Made by a program: the position numbers and the translations under genes. A stretch of 64,000 nucleotides of DNA from Balanoglossus misakiensis. Taxonomy: Eukaryota > Animalia > Hemichordata. Of the stretch, positions 51,101 through 64,000 are shown one piece after another. The stretch lies in contig CM082592.2 of assembly GCA_040954595.2 (NCBI GenBank), forward strand, positions 806,001 through 870,000. The letters run 5' to 3'. Within the stretch, counting starts at the first letter, position 1; each line of letters starts with the position of its first letter. The notes under the pieces were generated by a model. The model was not told where the DNA came from. It did no database searches and worked only from the letters and a program-made list of their open reading frames with translations.

Positions 51101-54100
51101 TGGAAAGTGTCTCTACCCTTTTGAAACTAAGAAAATAATTTATTCTTATTTATTTTGTAAAAATCACAATTTTTCGAAAAAAAGTCGAAAATGGTAATTT
51201 TGTCATGGGTGATTCAAATTATACCGCCTTTTCTGGAATTTGCAGCACTTTTTACAAGAGAACGACACTTCATGCTCCATAATATTTCCGAAAATGAAGA
51301 AAAGAGTTAATTTTTTATGATTTTTTAAAAATTTACCATTTTTGTCAAAATATGGCCAAAATGGCTATTTTTTCTTGAATTCCGTCAATATCTCTGCATT
51401 TTTGGAGTGGTCGAAAGTTTTAACATACAATCAACATGTCATATATGATCAGGGCGCCAAATTCGAAGAACAAAGGTTTTTTTTATTTTTTTTTCTAAAA
51501 ATGACATTTTCAAGGAAAATTTGGTAAAACGCAATTTTGTCTGCAGTGAGCCAAATTGGCCGTTTTTTTGTGGAATTTGTATCGATATATGTATACGAAG
51601 AGCATTCTATACTCCATCAGATTTCCGAAATTGTAGAAAACAGGTATTTTTTGTAATTTTCAAAAATTTACCATTTTGACCGAAATGTGGCTAAAATTGT
51701 TATTTTCGTGTTGAATGCCGCCAGTGTCACTGCTTTTAAAAGTCATTAAAACTTTTAACATACAAGCAATTGTTTATATATGATCAGGTCACCGAATTTA
51801 AAGAATAAAGAATGTTTTCCCTAAAAATGACCTTTTTGGTGCAAAAACGAATAAAACGCAATTTTGTATTAAATCAGCTCATTCAGAGTGCATTTTTTAT
51901 AATCAGCACCATTTTTACATAAAATGGAAATTTCATACATCATCAGATATCCAAATATGAAAAAATGATTTAGATTTTAGATGATTGTCCAAAAGTAGCT
52001 GATATCTAATAAATGTAGTATTGAACCGTTCTGTTCCCCCCCCCCCCCTACATTACATGCGGTACGCCGATGTCAGCTTACCCGTCAGTACTGCAGGCCG
52101 TGCCCACAACTAACGTCGGTGTTTGAAACGCCCTGGTTAAATTCGGGCTTTCTCTATAAATTGACAGGCAATAATGTAGTCCTACCGGAACAAATGTCGA
52201 GTGTTGACCCGCTGTGACTTTCCCTCTTCGGTTTGCCCGACTTAGCCAACGTCTTTGTACTAGAGTGTCGGGTCTTTTGCAGAGCCAGGCCGAAGGAAAT
52301 CCGACTTGATCACCGTTGCTAACGAACGCTAGTGTCTGTCATGGTGTGCCGGGGTTTTAGTCGAGCCAGGCCGTAGGAGATCTGACTGGATCATCGTGGT
52401 CAATGTACGCGTGTTTCCGCTCTAAAGTGCCGGGGCTTCAGCTAAACCAGGCCGTAGGAAATCCGACGTAATCACCGTTGATAACTTACGCCAGTCTGTG
52501 TCATATAGAGCCGGTGTACCAGCCGAGTCACGCCGTAGGAAATCTTACTTGATCAACGTGGTCAATGTACGCCTGTTTCTGCTCTAGAGAGCCGGGGCTT
52601 CAGCTGAGCCAGGCCGTAGGAAACCCGACGTGATTACCGTTGTTAACTTACGCCAGTTTGTGTCCTATATATAGTGCCGGGGCATCAGCCGTGCCAGGCC
52701 GAAGGAAATGTGAGTAGATCAACGTGGTCTCTGTACGCGTGTTTCTGCTCTAGAGTGCCAGGGCTTTAGCCAAGCCATGCCGTAGAAAATCTGACTTGAT
52801 CACCGTTGCTAACGAACGCTAGTGTCTGTCATAGTGTGCCGGGCTTTTAGTCGAACCAAGCCGTAGGAGATCAGACTTGATCAACGTGGTCTCTGTACGC
52901 GTGTTTCTGCTCTGGAGTGCCGGGGCTTTATCCAAGCCATGCCGTAGAAAATCTGACTTGATCACCGTTGCTAACCTACGCTAGTGTCTGTCATATTGTG
53001 ACGGAGATTTAGCCGAGCCCGGCCGTAGAAAAATCGACTTGTTCAACGTTACCAGTGTGCAACTGTTTCTGTTCTAGAGTGTCAGGGTTTTAGCCGACTT
53101 GTAGGAAATCTGAGTTGATGAACGGGAATTCAATGTTAGAAATCCGTGTGGAAAGTATCTCTACCCGTTTGGAACTAAGAAAAGAATGTATTCTTATTTA
53201 TTTTGTAAAAAAACAATATTTCGAAAAAGTCGAAAATGGTAATTTTGTCTTGGGTGATTCAAATTATACCGCCTTTTCTGGAATTTGCAGCACTTTTTAC
53301 AAGAGAACGACACTTCATGCTCTATAATATTTCCGAAAATGAAGAAAAGAGTTAATTTTTTATGATTTTTTAAAAATTTACCATTTTTGTCAAAATATGG
53401 CCAAAATGGCTATTTTTCTTGAATTCCGTCAATATCTCAGCATTTTTGGAGTGGTCGAGAGTTTTAACATACAATCAACATGTCATATATGATCAGGGCA
53501 CCAAATTCGAAGAACAAAGGTTTTTTTTTTTTTTTCTAAAAATGACATTTTCAAGGAAAATTTGCTAAAACGCAATTTTGTCTGCAGTGAGCCAAATTAG
53601 ACGGTCTTTTGTGGAATTTGTATCGATATATACATACGAAGAGCATTCTACACTCCATCAGATTTCCGAAAATGTAGAAAACAGGTATTTTTTGTAAATT
53701 TCAAAAATTTACCATTTTGACCAAATTGTGGCTAAAATTGTTATTTTCGTGATGAATGCCGCCAGTGTCACTGCTTTTAAAAGTCATAAAAACTTTTAAC
53801 ATACAAGCAATTGTTTATATATGATCAGGTCACCGAATTAAAAAAATAAAGAATGTTTTGCCTAAAATGACCTTTTTGGTGCAAAAACGAATAAAACGCA
53901 ATCTTGTATTAAATCAGTTCATTCAGAGTGCATGTTTTATAATAAGCACCATTTTTACATATAATGGAAATTTCATACATCATCAGATATCCAAATATGA
54001 AAAAATGATTTAGATTTTAGATGATTGTCCAAAATTAGCTGATATCTAATAAATGTAGTATTGAACCGTTCTGTCCCCCCCCCCCTTACATTATATGCGG

Positions 54101-57100
54101 TACGCCGATGTCAGCTTACCCGGCAGTACTGTAGGCCGTGCCCCCAACAAACGTCGGTGTTTGAAACGCCCTGGTTAAATTCGGGCTCTCTCTATAAATC
54201 GACAGGCAATAATGCAGTCCTACCGGAACAAATGTCAAGTGTTGAACCGCTGTGACTTTCCCTGTTCGGTTTGCCCGACTTAGCCAACGTCTTTGTACTA
54301 GAGTGACGGGTCTTTTGCAGAGCCAGGCCGAAGGAAATCCGACTTGATCACCGTTGCTAACGAACGCTAGTGTCTGTCATGGTGTGCCGGGGTTTTAGTC
54401 GAGCCAGGCCGTAGGAGATCTGACTTGATCATCGTGGTCAATGTACGCGTGTTTCCGCTCTAAAGTGCCGGGGCTTCAGCTAAACCAGGCCGTAGGAAAT
54501 CCGACGTAATCACCGTTGATAACTTACGCCAGTCTGTGTCATATAGAGCCGGTGCACCAGCCGAGTCACGCTGTAGGAAATCTGACTTGATCAACGTGGT
54601 CAATGTACGCCTGTTTCTGCTCTAGAGTGCCGGGGCTTCAGCTGAGCCAGGCCGTAGGAAACCCGACGTGATTACCGTTGTTAACTTACGCCAGTCTGTG
54701 TCCTATATATAGTGCCGGGGCATCAGCCGTGCCAGGCCGAAGGAAATGTGAGAAGATCAACGTGGTCTCTGTACGCGTGTTTCTGCTCTAGAGTGCCAGG
54801 GCTTTAGCTAAGCCATGCCGTAGGAAATCTGACTTGATCAAAGTTGCTAACGAACGCCAGTGTCTGTCATAGTGTGCCGGGGTTTTAGTCGAGCCAAGCC
54901 GTAGGAGATCAGACTTGATCAACGTGGTCTCTGTACGCGTGTTTCTGCTCTAGAGTGCCGGGGCTTTATCCAAGCCATGCCGTAGAAAATCTGACTTGAT
55001 CACCGTTGCTAACGTACGCTAGTGTCTGTCATATTGTGACGGAGATTTAGCCGAGCCAGGTCGTAGAAAAATCGACTTGTTCAACGTTACCAGTGTGCAA
55101 CTGTTTCTGCTCTAGAGTGTCAGGGTTTTAGCCGACTTATGCTGTAGGAAATCTGAGTTGATGAACGGGAATTCAATGTTAGAAAACCCGTGTGGAAAGT
55201 ATCTCTACCCGTTTGAAACTATGAAAAGAATTTATTCTTATTTATTTTGTAAAAAAAGACAATTTTTCGAAAAAAAGTTGGAAATGGTAATTTTGTCTTG
55301 GGTGATTCAAATTATACCGCCTTTTCTGCAATTTGCAGCACTTTTTGCAAGAGAACGACACTTCATGCTCCATAATATTTCCGAAAATGAAGAAAAGAGT
55401 TAATTTTTTATGATTTTTCAAAAATTTACCATTTTTGTCAAAATATGGCCAAAATGGCTATTTTTCTTGAATTCCGTCAATATCTCTGCATTTTTGGAGT
55501 GGTCGAAAGTTTTAACATACAATCAACATGTCATATATGATCAGGGCACCAAATTCGACGAACAAAGGTTTTTTTATTTTTTTTTCTAAAAATGACATTT
55601 TCAAGGAAAATTTGGTAAAACGCAATTTTGTCTGCAGTGAGCCAAATTAGACGGTCTTTTGTGGAATTTGTATCGATATATACATACGAAGAGCATTCTA
55701 TACTCCATCAGATTTCCGAAAATGTAGAAAACAGGTATTTTTTGTAATTTTCAAAAATTTACCATTTTGACCAAATTGTGGCTAAAATTGTTATTTTCGT
55801 GATGAAAGCCGCCAGTGTCACTGCTTTTAAAAGTCATAAAAACTTTTAACATACAAGCAATTGTTTATATATGATCAGGTCACCGAATTAAAAATATAAA
55901 GAATGTTTTGCCTAAAAATGACCTTTTTGGCGCAAAAACGAATAAAACGCAATCTTGTATTAAATCAGTTCATTCAGAGTGCATGTTTTATAATAAGCAC
56001 CATTTTTACATATAATGGAAATTTCATACATCATCAGATATCCAAATATGAAAAAATGATTTAGATTTTAGATGATTGTCCAAAATTAGCTGATGTCTAA
56101 TAAATGTAGTATTGAACCGTTCTGTCCCCCCCCCCTTACATTATATGCGGTACGCCGATGTCAGCTTACCCGGCAGTACTGCAGGCCGTGCCCCCAACTA
56201 ACGTCGGTGTTTGGAACGCCCTGGTTAAATTCGGGCTTTCTCTATAAATTGACAAGCAATAATGCAGTCCTACCCGAACAAATGTCGAGTGTTGACCCGC
56301 TGTGACTTTCCCTGTTCGGTTTGCCCGACTTAGCCAACGTCTTTGTACTAGAGTGTCGGGTCTTTTGCAGAGCCAGGCCGAAGGAAATCCGACTTGATCA
56401 CCGTTGCTAACGAACGCTAGTGTCTGTCATGGTGTGCCGGGGTTTTAGTCGAGCCAGGCCGTAGGAGATCTGACTTGATCATCGTGGTCAATGTACGCGT
56501 GTTTCCGCTCTAAAGTGCCGGGGCTTTAGCTAAACCAGGCCGTAGGAAATCCGACGTAATCACCGTTGATAACTTACGTCAGTCTGTGTCATATAGAGCC
56601 GGTGCACCAGCCGAGTCACGCCGTAGGAAATCTGACTTGATCAACGTGGTCAATGTACGCCTGTTTCTGCTCTAGAGTGCCGGGGCTTCAGCTGAGCCAG
56701 GCCGTAGGAAACCCGACGTGATTACCGTTGTTAACTTACGCCAGTCTGTGTCCTATATATAGTGCCGGGGCATCAGCCGTGCCAGGCCGAAGGAAATGTG
56801 AGTAGATCAACGTGGTCTCTGTACGCGTGTTTCTGCTCTAGAGTGTCAGGGCTTTAGCAAAGCCATGCCGTAGGAAATCTGACTTGATCAACGTAGCTAA
56901 CGAACGCTAGTGTCTGTCATAGTGTGCCGGGGTTTTAGTCGAGCCAAGCCGTAGGAGATCAGACTTGATCAACGTGGTCTCTGTACGCGTGTTTCTGCTC
57001 TAGAGTGCCGGGGCTTTATCCAACCCATGCCGTTGAAAATCTGACTTGATCACCGTTGCTAACGTACGCTAGTGTCTGTCATATTGTGACGAGATTTAGC

Positions 57101-60100
57101 CGAGCCAGGCCGTAGAAAAATCGACTTGTTCAACGTTATCAGTGTGCAACTGTTTCTGCTCTAGAGTGTCAGGGTTTTAGCCGACTTATGCTGTAGGAAA
57201 TCTGAGTTGATGAACGGGAATTCAATGTTAGAAAACCCGTGTGGAAAGTATCTCTACCCGTTTGAAACTAAGAAAAGAATTTATTCTTATTTATTTTTTA
57301 AAAAAGACAATTTTTCGAAAACAAGTCGAAAATGGTAATTTTGTCTTGGGTGATTCAAATTATACCACATTTTCTGGAATTTGCAGCACTTTTTACAAGA
57401 GAACGACACTTCATGCTCCATAATATTTCCGAAAATGAAGAAAAGAGTTTATTTTTTATGATTTTTTAAAAATGTACCATTTTGTCAAAATATGGCCAAA
57501 ATGGCTATTTTTTCTTGAATTCCGTCAATATCTCTGCATTTTTGGAGTGGTCGAAAGTTTTAACATACAATCAACATGTCATATATGATCAGGGCACCAA
57601 ATTCGAAGAACGAAGGTTTTTTTATTTTATTTTTCTAAAAATGACATTTTCAAGGAAAATTTGGTAAAACGCAATTTTGTCTGCAGTGAGCCAAATTAGA
57701 CGGTCTTTTGTGGAATTTGTATCGATATATATATACGAAGAGCATTCTATACTCAATCAGATTTCCGAAAATGTAGAAAACAGGTATTTTTTGTAATTTT
57801 CAAAAATTTACCATTTTGACCAAATTGTGGTTAAAATTCTTATTTTCGTGTTGAATGCCGCCAGTGTCACTGCTTTTAAAAGTCATAAAAACTTTTAACA
57901 TGCAAGCAATTGCTTATATATGATCAGGCCACCGAATTAAAAAAATAAAGAATGTTTTGCCTAAAAATGACCTTTTTGGTGCAAAAACGAATAAAACGCA
58001 ATTTTGTATTAAATCAGCTCATTCATAGTGCATTTTTTATAATCAGCACCATTTTTACATATATTGGAAATTTCATACATCATCAGATATCCAAATATGA
58101 AAAAATGATTTAGATTTTAGATGATTGTCCAAAATTAGCTGATATCTAATAAATGTAGTATTGAACCGTTCTGTCCCCCCCCCCCTACATTATATGCGGT
58201 ACGCCGATGTCAGCTTACCCGGCAGTACTGCAGGCCATGCCCCCAAATAACGTCGGTGTTTGAAACGCCCTGGTTAAATTCGGGCTTTCTCTATAAATTG
58301 ACAGGCAATAATGCAGTCCTACCCGAACAAATGTCGAGTGTTGACCCGCTGTGACTTTCCCTCTTCGGTTTGCCCGACTTAGCCAACGTCTTTGTACTAA
58401 TGTGTCGGGTCTTTTGCAGAGCCAGGCCGAAGGAAATCCGACTTGATCACCGTTGCTAACGAACGCTAGTGTCTGTCATGGTGTGCCGGGGTGTTAGTCG
58501 AGCCAGGCCGTAGGAGATCTGACTTGATCATCGTGGTCAATGTACGCGTGTTTCCGCTCTAAAGTGCCGGGGCTTCAGCTAAACCATGCCGTAGGAAATC
58601 CGACGTAATCACCGTTGATAACTTACGCCAGTCTGTGTCATATAGAGCCGGTGCACCAGCCGAGTCACGCCGTAGGAAATCTGACTTGATCAACGTGGTC
58701 AATGTACGCCTGTTTCTGCTCTAGAGTGCCGGGGCTTCAGCTGAGCCAGGCCGTGGGAAACCCGACGAGATTACCGTTGTTAACTTACGCCAGTTTGTGT
58801 CCTATATATAGTGCCGGGGCATCAGCCGTGCCAGGCCGAAGGAAATGTGAGTAGATCAACGTGGTCTCTGTACGCGTGTTTCTGCTCTAGAGTGCCAGGG
58901 CTTTAGCCAAGCCATGCCGTAGGAAATCTGACTTGATCAACGTTGCTAACGAACGCTAATGTCTGTCATAGTGTGCCGGGGTTTTAGTCGAGCCAAGCCG
59001 TAGGAGATCAGACTTGATCAACGTGGTCTCTGTACGCGTGTTTCTGCTCTAGAGTGCCGGGGCTTTATCCAAGCCATGCCGTAGAAAATCTGACTTGATC
59101 ACCGTTGCTAACGTACGCTAGTGTCTGTCATATTGTGACGGAGATTTAGCCGAGCCAGGCCGTAGAAAAATCGACTTGTTCAACGTTACCAGTGTGCAAC
59201 TGTTTCTGCTCTAGAGTGTCAGGGTTTTAGCCGACTTATGCTGTAGGAAATCTGAGTTGATGAACGGGAATTCAATGTTAGAAAACCCGTGTGGAAAGTA
59301 TCTCTACCCGTTTGAAACTAAGAAAAGAATTTATTCTTATTTATTTTGTAAAAAAGACAATTTTTCGAAAAAAAGTCGAAAAATTGCAATTTTGTCTTGG
59401 GTGATTCAAATTATACCGCCTTTTCTGGAATTTGCAGCACTTTTTACAAGAGAACGACACTTCATGCTCCATAATATTTCCGAAAATGAAGAAAAGAGTT
59501 AATTTTTTATGATTTTTCAAAAATTTACCATTTTTGTCAAAATATGGCCAAAATGGCTATTTTTCTTGAATTCCGTCAATATCTCTGCATTTTTAGAGTG
59601 GTCGAGAGTTTTAACATACAATCAACATGTCATATATGATCAGGGCACCAAATTCGAAGAATAAAGGTTTTTTTTTTTTTTTTTTTCTAAAAATGACATT
59701 TTCAAGGAAAATTTGGTAAAACGCAATTTTGTCTGCAGTGAGCCAAATTAGACGGTCTTTTGTGGAATTTGTATCGATATATACATACGAAGAGCATTCT
59801 ATACTCCATCAGATTTCCGAAAATGTAGAAAACAGGTATTTTTTGTAATTTTCAAAAATTTACCATTTTGACCAAATTGTGGCTAAAATTGTTATTTTCG
59901 TGATGAATGCCGCCAGTGTCACTGCTTTTAAAAGCCATAAAAACTTTTAACACACAAGCAATTGTTTATATATGATCAGGTCACCGAATTAAAAATATAA
60001 AGAATGTTTTGCCTAAAAATGACCTTTTTGGTGCAAAAACGAATAAAACGCAATCTTGTATTAAATCAGTTCATTCAGAGTGCATGTTTTATAATAAGCA

Positions 60101-63100
60101 CCATTTTTACATATAATGGAAATTTCATACATCATCAGATATCCAAATATGAAAAAATGATTTAGATTTTAGATGATTGTCCAAAATAAGCTGATATCTA
60201 ATTAATGTAGTATTGAACCGTTCTGTCCCCCCCCCCTTACATGATATGCGGTACGCCGATGTCAGCTTACCCGGCAGTACTGCAGGCCGTGCCCCCAACT
60301 AACGTCGGTGTTTGGAACGCCCTGGTTAATTTCGGGCTTTCTCTATAAATTGACAAGCAATAATGCAGTCCTACCCGAACAAATGTCGAGTGTTGACCCG
60401 CTGTGACTTTCCCTCTTCGGTTTGCCCGACTTAGCCAACGTCTTTGTACTAGAGTGTCGGGTCTTTTGCAGAGCCAGGCCGAAGGAAATCCGACTTGATC
60501 ACCGTTGCTAACGAACGCTAGTGTCTGTCATGGTGTGCCGGGGTTTTAGTCGAGCCAGGCCGTAGGAGATCTGACTTGATCATCGTGGTCAATGTACGCG
60601 TGTTTCCGCTCTAAAGTGCCGGGGCTTTAGCTAAACCAGGCCGTAGGAAATCCGACGTAATCACCGTTGATAACTTACGCCAGTCTGTGTCATATAGAGC
60701 CGGTGCACCAGCCGAGTCACGCCGTAGGAAATCTGACTTGATCAACGTGGTCAATGTACGCCTGTTTCTGCTCTAGAGTGCCGGGGCTTCAGCTGAGCCA
60801 GGCCGTAGGAAACCCGACGTGATTACCGTTGTTAACTTACGCCAGTCTGTGTCCTATATATAGTGCCGGGGCATCAGCCGTGCCAGGCCGAAGGAAATGT
60901 GAGTAGATCAACGTGGTCTCTGTACGCGTGTTTCTGCTCTAGAGTGTCAGGGCTTTAGCAAAGCCATGCCGTAGGAAATCTGACTTGATCAACGTTGCTA
61001 ACGAACGCTAGTGTCTTTCATAGTGTGCCGGGGTTTTAGTCGAGCCAAGCCGTAGGAGATCAGACTTGATCAACGTGGTCTCTGTACGCGTGTTTCTGCT
61101 CTAGAGTGCCGGGGCTTTATCCAACCCATGCCGTTGAAAATCTGACTTGATCACCGTTGCTAACGTACGCTAGTGTCTGTCATATTGTGACGAGATTTAG
61201 CCGAGCCAGGCCGTAGAAAAATCGACTTGTTCAACGTTATCAGTGTGCAACTGTTTCTGCTCTAGAGTGTCAGGGTTTTAGCCGACTTATGCTGTAGGAA
61301 ATCTGAGTTGATGAACGGGAATTCAATGTTAGAAAACCCGTGTGGAAAGTATCTCTACCCGTTTGAAACTAAGAAAAGAATTTATTCTTATTTATTTTTA
61401 AAAAAAGACAATTTTTCGAAAACAAGTCGAAAATGGTAATTTTGTCTTGGGTGATTCAAATTATACCACATTTTCTGGAATTTGCAGCACTTTTTACAAG
61501 AGAACGACACTTCATGCTCCATAATATTTCCGAAAATGAAGGAAAGAGTTTATTTTTTATAATCTTTTAAAAATGTACCATTTTGTCAAAATATGGCCAA
61601 AATGGCTATTTTTTCTTGAATTCCGTCAATATCTCTGCATTTTTGGAGTGGTCGAAAGTTTTAACATACAATCAACATGTCATATATGATCAGGGCACCA
61701 AATTCGAAGAACGAAGGTTTTTTTATTTTATTTTTCTCAAAATGACATTTTCAAGGAAAATTTGGTAAAACGCAATTTTGTCTGCAGTGAGCCAAATTAG
61801 ACGGTCTTTTGTGGAATTTGTATCGATATATATATACGAAGAGCATTCTATACTCCATCAGATTTCCGAAAATGTAGAAAACAGGTATTTTTTGTAATTT
61901 TCAAAAATTTACCATTTTGACCAAATTGTGGTTAAAATTGTTATTTTCGTGTTGAATGCCGCCAGTGTCACTGCTTTTAAAAGTCATAAAAACTTTTAAC
62001 ATACAAGCAATTGCTTATATATGATCAGGCCACCGAATTAAAAAAATAAAGAATGTTTTGCCTAAAAATGACCTTTTTGGTGCAAAAACGAATAAAACGC
62101 AATTTTGTATTAAATCAGCTCATTCAGAGTGCATTTTTTTATAATCAGCACCATTTTTACATATAATGGAAATTTCATACATCACCAGATATCCAAATAT
62201 GAAAAAATGATTTAGATTTTAGATGATTGTCCAAAATTAGCTGATATCTAATAAATGTAGTATTGAACCATTCTGTTCCCCCCCCCCCTCCCCTACATTA
62301 TATGCGGTACGCCGATGTCAGCTTACCCGGCAGTACTGCAGGCCGTGCCCCCAACTAACGTCGGTGTTTGAAACGCCCTGGTTAAATTCGGGCTTTCTCT
62401 ATAAATTGACAGGCAATAATGCAGTCCTACCCGAACAAATGTCGAGTGTTGACATGCTGAGACTTTCCCTCTTCGGTTTGCCCGACTTAGCCGACGTCTT
62501 TGTACTAGAGTGTCGGGTCTTTTGCAGAGCCAGGCCGAAGGAAATCCGACTTGATCACCGTTGCTAACGAACGCTAGTGTCTGTCATGGTGTGCCGGGGT
62601 TTTAGTCGAGCCAGGCCGTAGGAGATCTGACTTGATCATCGTGGTCAATGTACGCGTGTTTCCGCTCTAAAGTGCCGGGGCTTCAGCTAAACCAGGCCGT
62701 AGGAAATCCGACGTAATCACCGTTGATAACTTACGCCAGTCTGTGTCATATAGAGCCGGTGCACCAGCCGAGTCACGCCGTAGGAAATCTGACTTGATCA
62801 ACGTGGTCAATGTACGCCTGTTTCTGCTCTAGAGTGCCGGGGCTTCAGCTGAGCCAGGCCGTAGGAAACCCGACGTGATTACAGTTGTTAACTTACGCCA
62901 GTCTGTGTCCTATATATAGTGCCGGGGCATCAGCCGTGCCAGGCCGAAGGAAATGTGAGTAGATCAACGTGGTCTCTGTACGCGTGTTTCTGCTCTAGAG
63001 TGTCAGGGCTTTAGCAAAGCCATGCCGTAGGAAATCTGACTTGATCAACGTTGCTAACGAACGCTCAGCCTAGTGTCTGTCATAGTGTGCCGGGGTTTTA

Positions 63101-64000
63101 GTCGAGCCAAGCCGTAGGAGATCAGACTTGATCAACGTGGTCTCTGTACGCGTGTTTCTGCTCTTGAGTGCCGGGGCTTTATCCAAGCCATGCCGTAGAA
63201 AATCTGACTTGATCACCGTTGCTAACGTACGCTAGTGTCTGTCATATTGTGACGGAGATTTAGCCGAGCCAGGCCGTAAAAAATCGACTTGTTCAACGTT
63301 ACCAGTGTGCAACTGTTTCTGCTCTAGAGTGTCAGGGTTTTAGCCGATTTATGATGTAGGAAATCAGAGTTGATGAACGGGAATTCAATGTTAGAAAACC
63401 CGTGTGGAAAGTATCTCTACCCGTTTGAAACTAAGAAAAGAATTTATTCTTATTTATTTTGTAAAAAAGACAATTTTTCGAAACAAAGGCGAAAATGGTA
63501 ATTTTGTCTTGGGTGATTCAAATTATACCACCTTTTCTGGAATTTGCAGCACTTTTTACAAGAGAACGACACTTCATGCTCCATAATATTTCCGAAAATG
63601 AAGAAAAGAGTTAATTTTTTATGATTTTTTAAAATTTTACCATTTTTGTCAAAATATGGCCAAAATGGCTATTTTTTCTTGAATTCCGTCAATATCTCAG
63701 CATTTTTGGAGTGGTCGAAACTTTTAACATACAATCAACATGTCATATATGATCGGGGCACCAAATTCGAAGAACAAAGGTTTTTTTATTTTTTTTCTAA
63801 AAATGACATTTTCAAGGAAAATTTGGTAAAACGCAATTTTGTCTGCAGTGAGCCAAATTAGACGGTCTTTTGTGGAATTTGTATCGATATATACATACGA
63901 AGAGCATTCTATACTCCATCAGATTTCCGAAAATGTAGAAAACAGGTATTTTTTGTAATTTTCAAAAATTTACCATTTTGACCGAATTGTGGCTAAAATT
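42199..64000 (-). repeat. Satellite block 10 (inverted), ~11 regular head-to-tail units of mostly ~2050 bp
   Basis: Poly-C at ~42416, 44470, 46523, 48582, 49982, 52036, 54075, 56126, 58175, 60227 and 62278. Confidence 0.97.

Noticed and set aside
814-63861. Recurrent 60-88-aa ORFs (MESISTRLK..., MSKYGQNG..., MNRSVPPP...)
   Set aside because: They are translations of satellite DNA, mostly with non-ATG starts, freely frameshifted between copies, and with no recognisable domain.
1-64000. CENP-B box, telomeric repeats, and 5S/tRNA/rRNA or histone genes in the unit
   Set aside because: None was recognisable by eye. An Infernal/Rfam and motif scan would be needed to exclude diverged copies.

Overview
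This is eukaryotic DNA, almost certainly from an animal because BEL/Pao retrotransposons are present. I found no host genes. About 85% of the window is a tandem array of a complex ~2.05-kb satellite unit. Each unit has an AT-rich domain of degenerate ~165-bp monomers, a GC/CpG-rich domain of ~11 alternating 81-84-bp subrepeats, and a ~250-bp spacer ending in a length-variable poly-G tract. The array changes polarity seven times between 15.8 and 42.2 kb and contains recent segmental and inverted duplications. It carries one near-complete BEL/Pao LTR element (family A, 5086-11572) with one in-frame stop, followed by a truncated tandem second copy sharing its LTR. It also carries three copies of a 3' fragment of a related family (B), two of them at inversion breakpoints. 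Both families have LTRs starting TA rather than TG and share a TTTCCCGCCAAA (E2F-type) motif. The short ORFs in the satellite are spurious. For satellite blocks, '+' means the poly-G tract is on the top strand. Coordinates were read by eye and may be off by a few bases.
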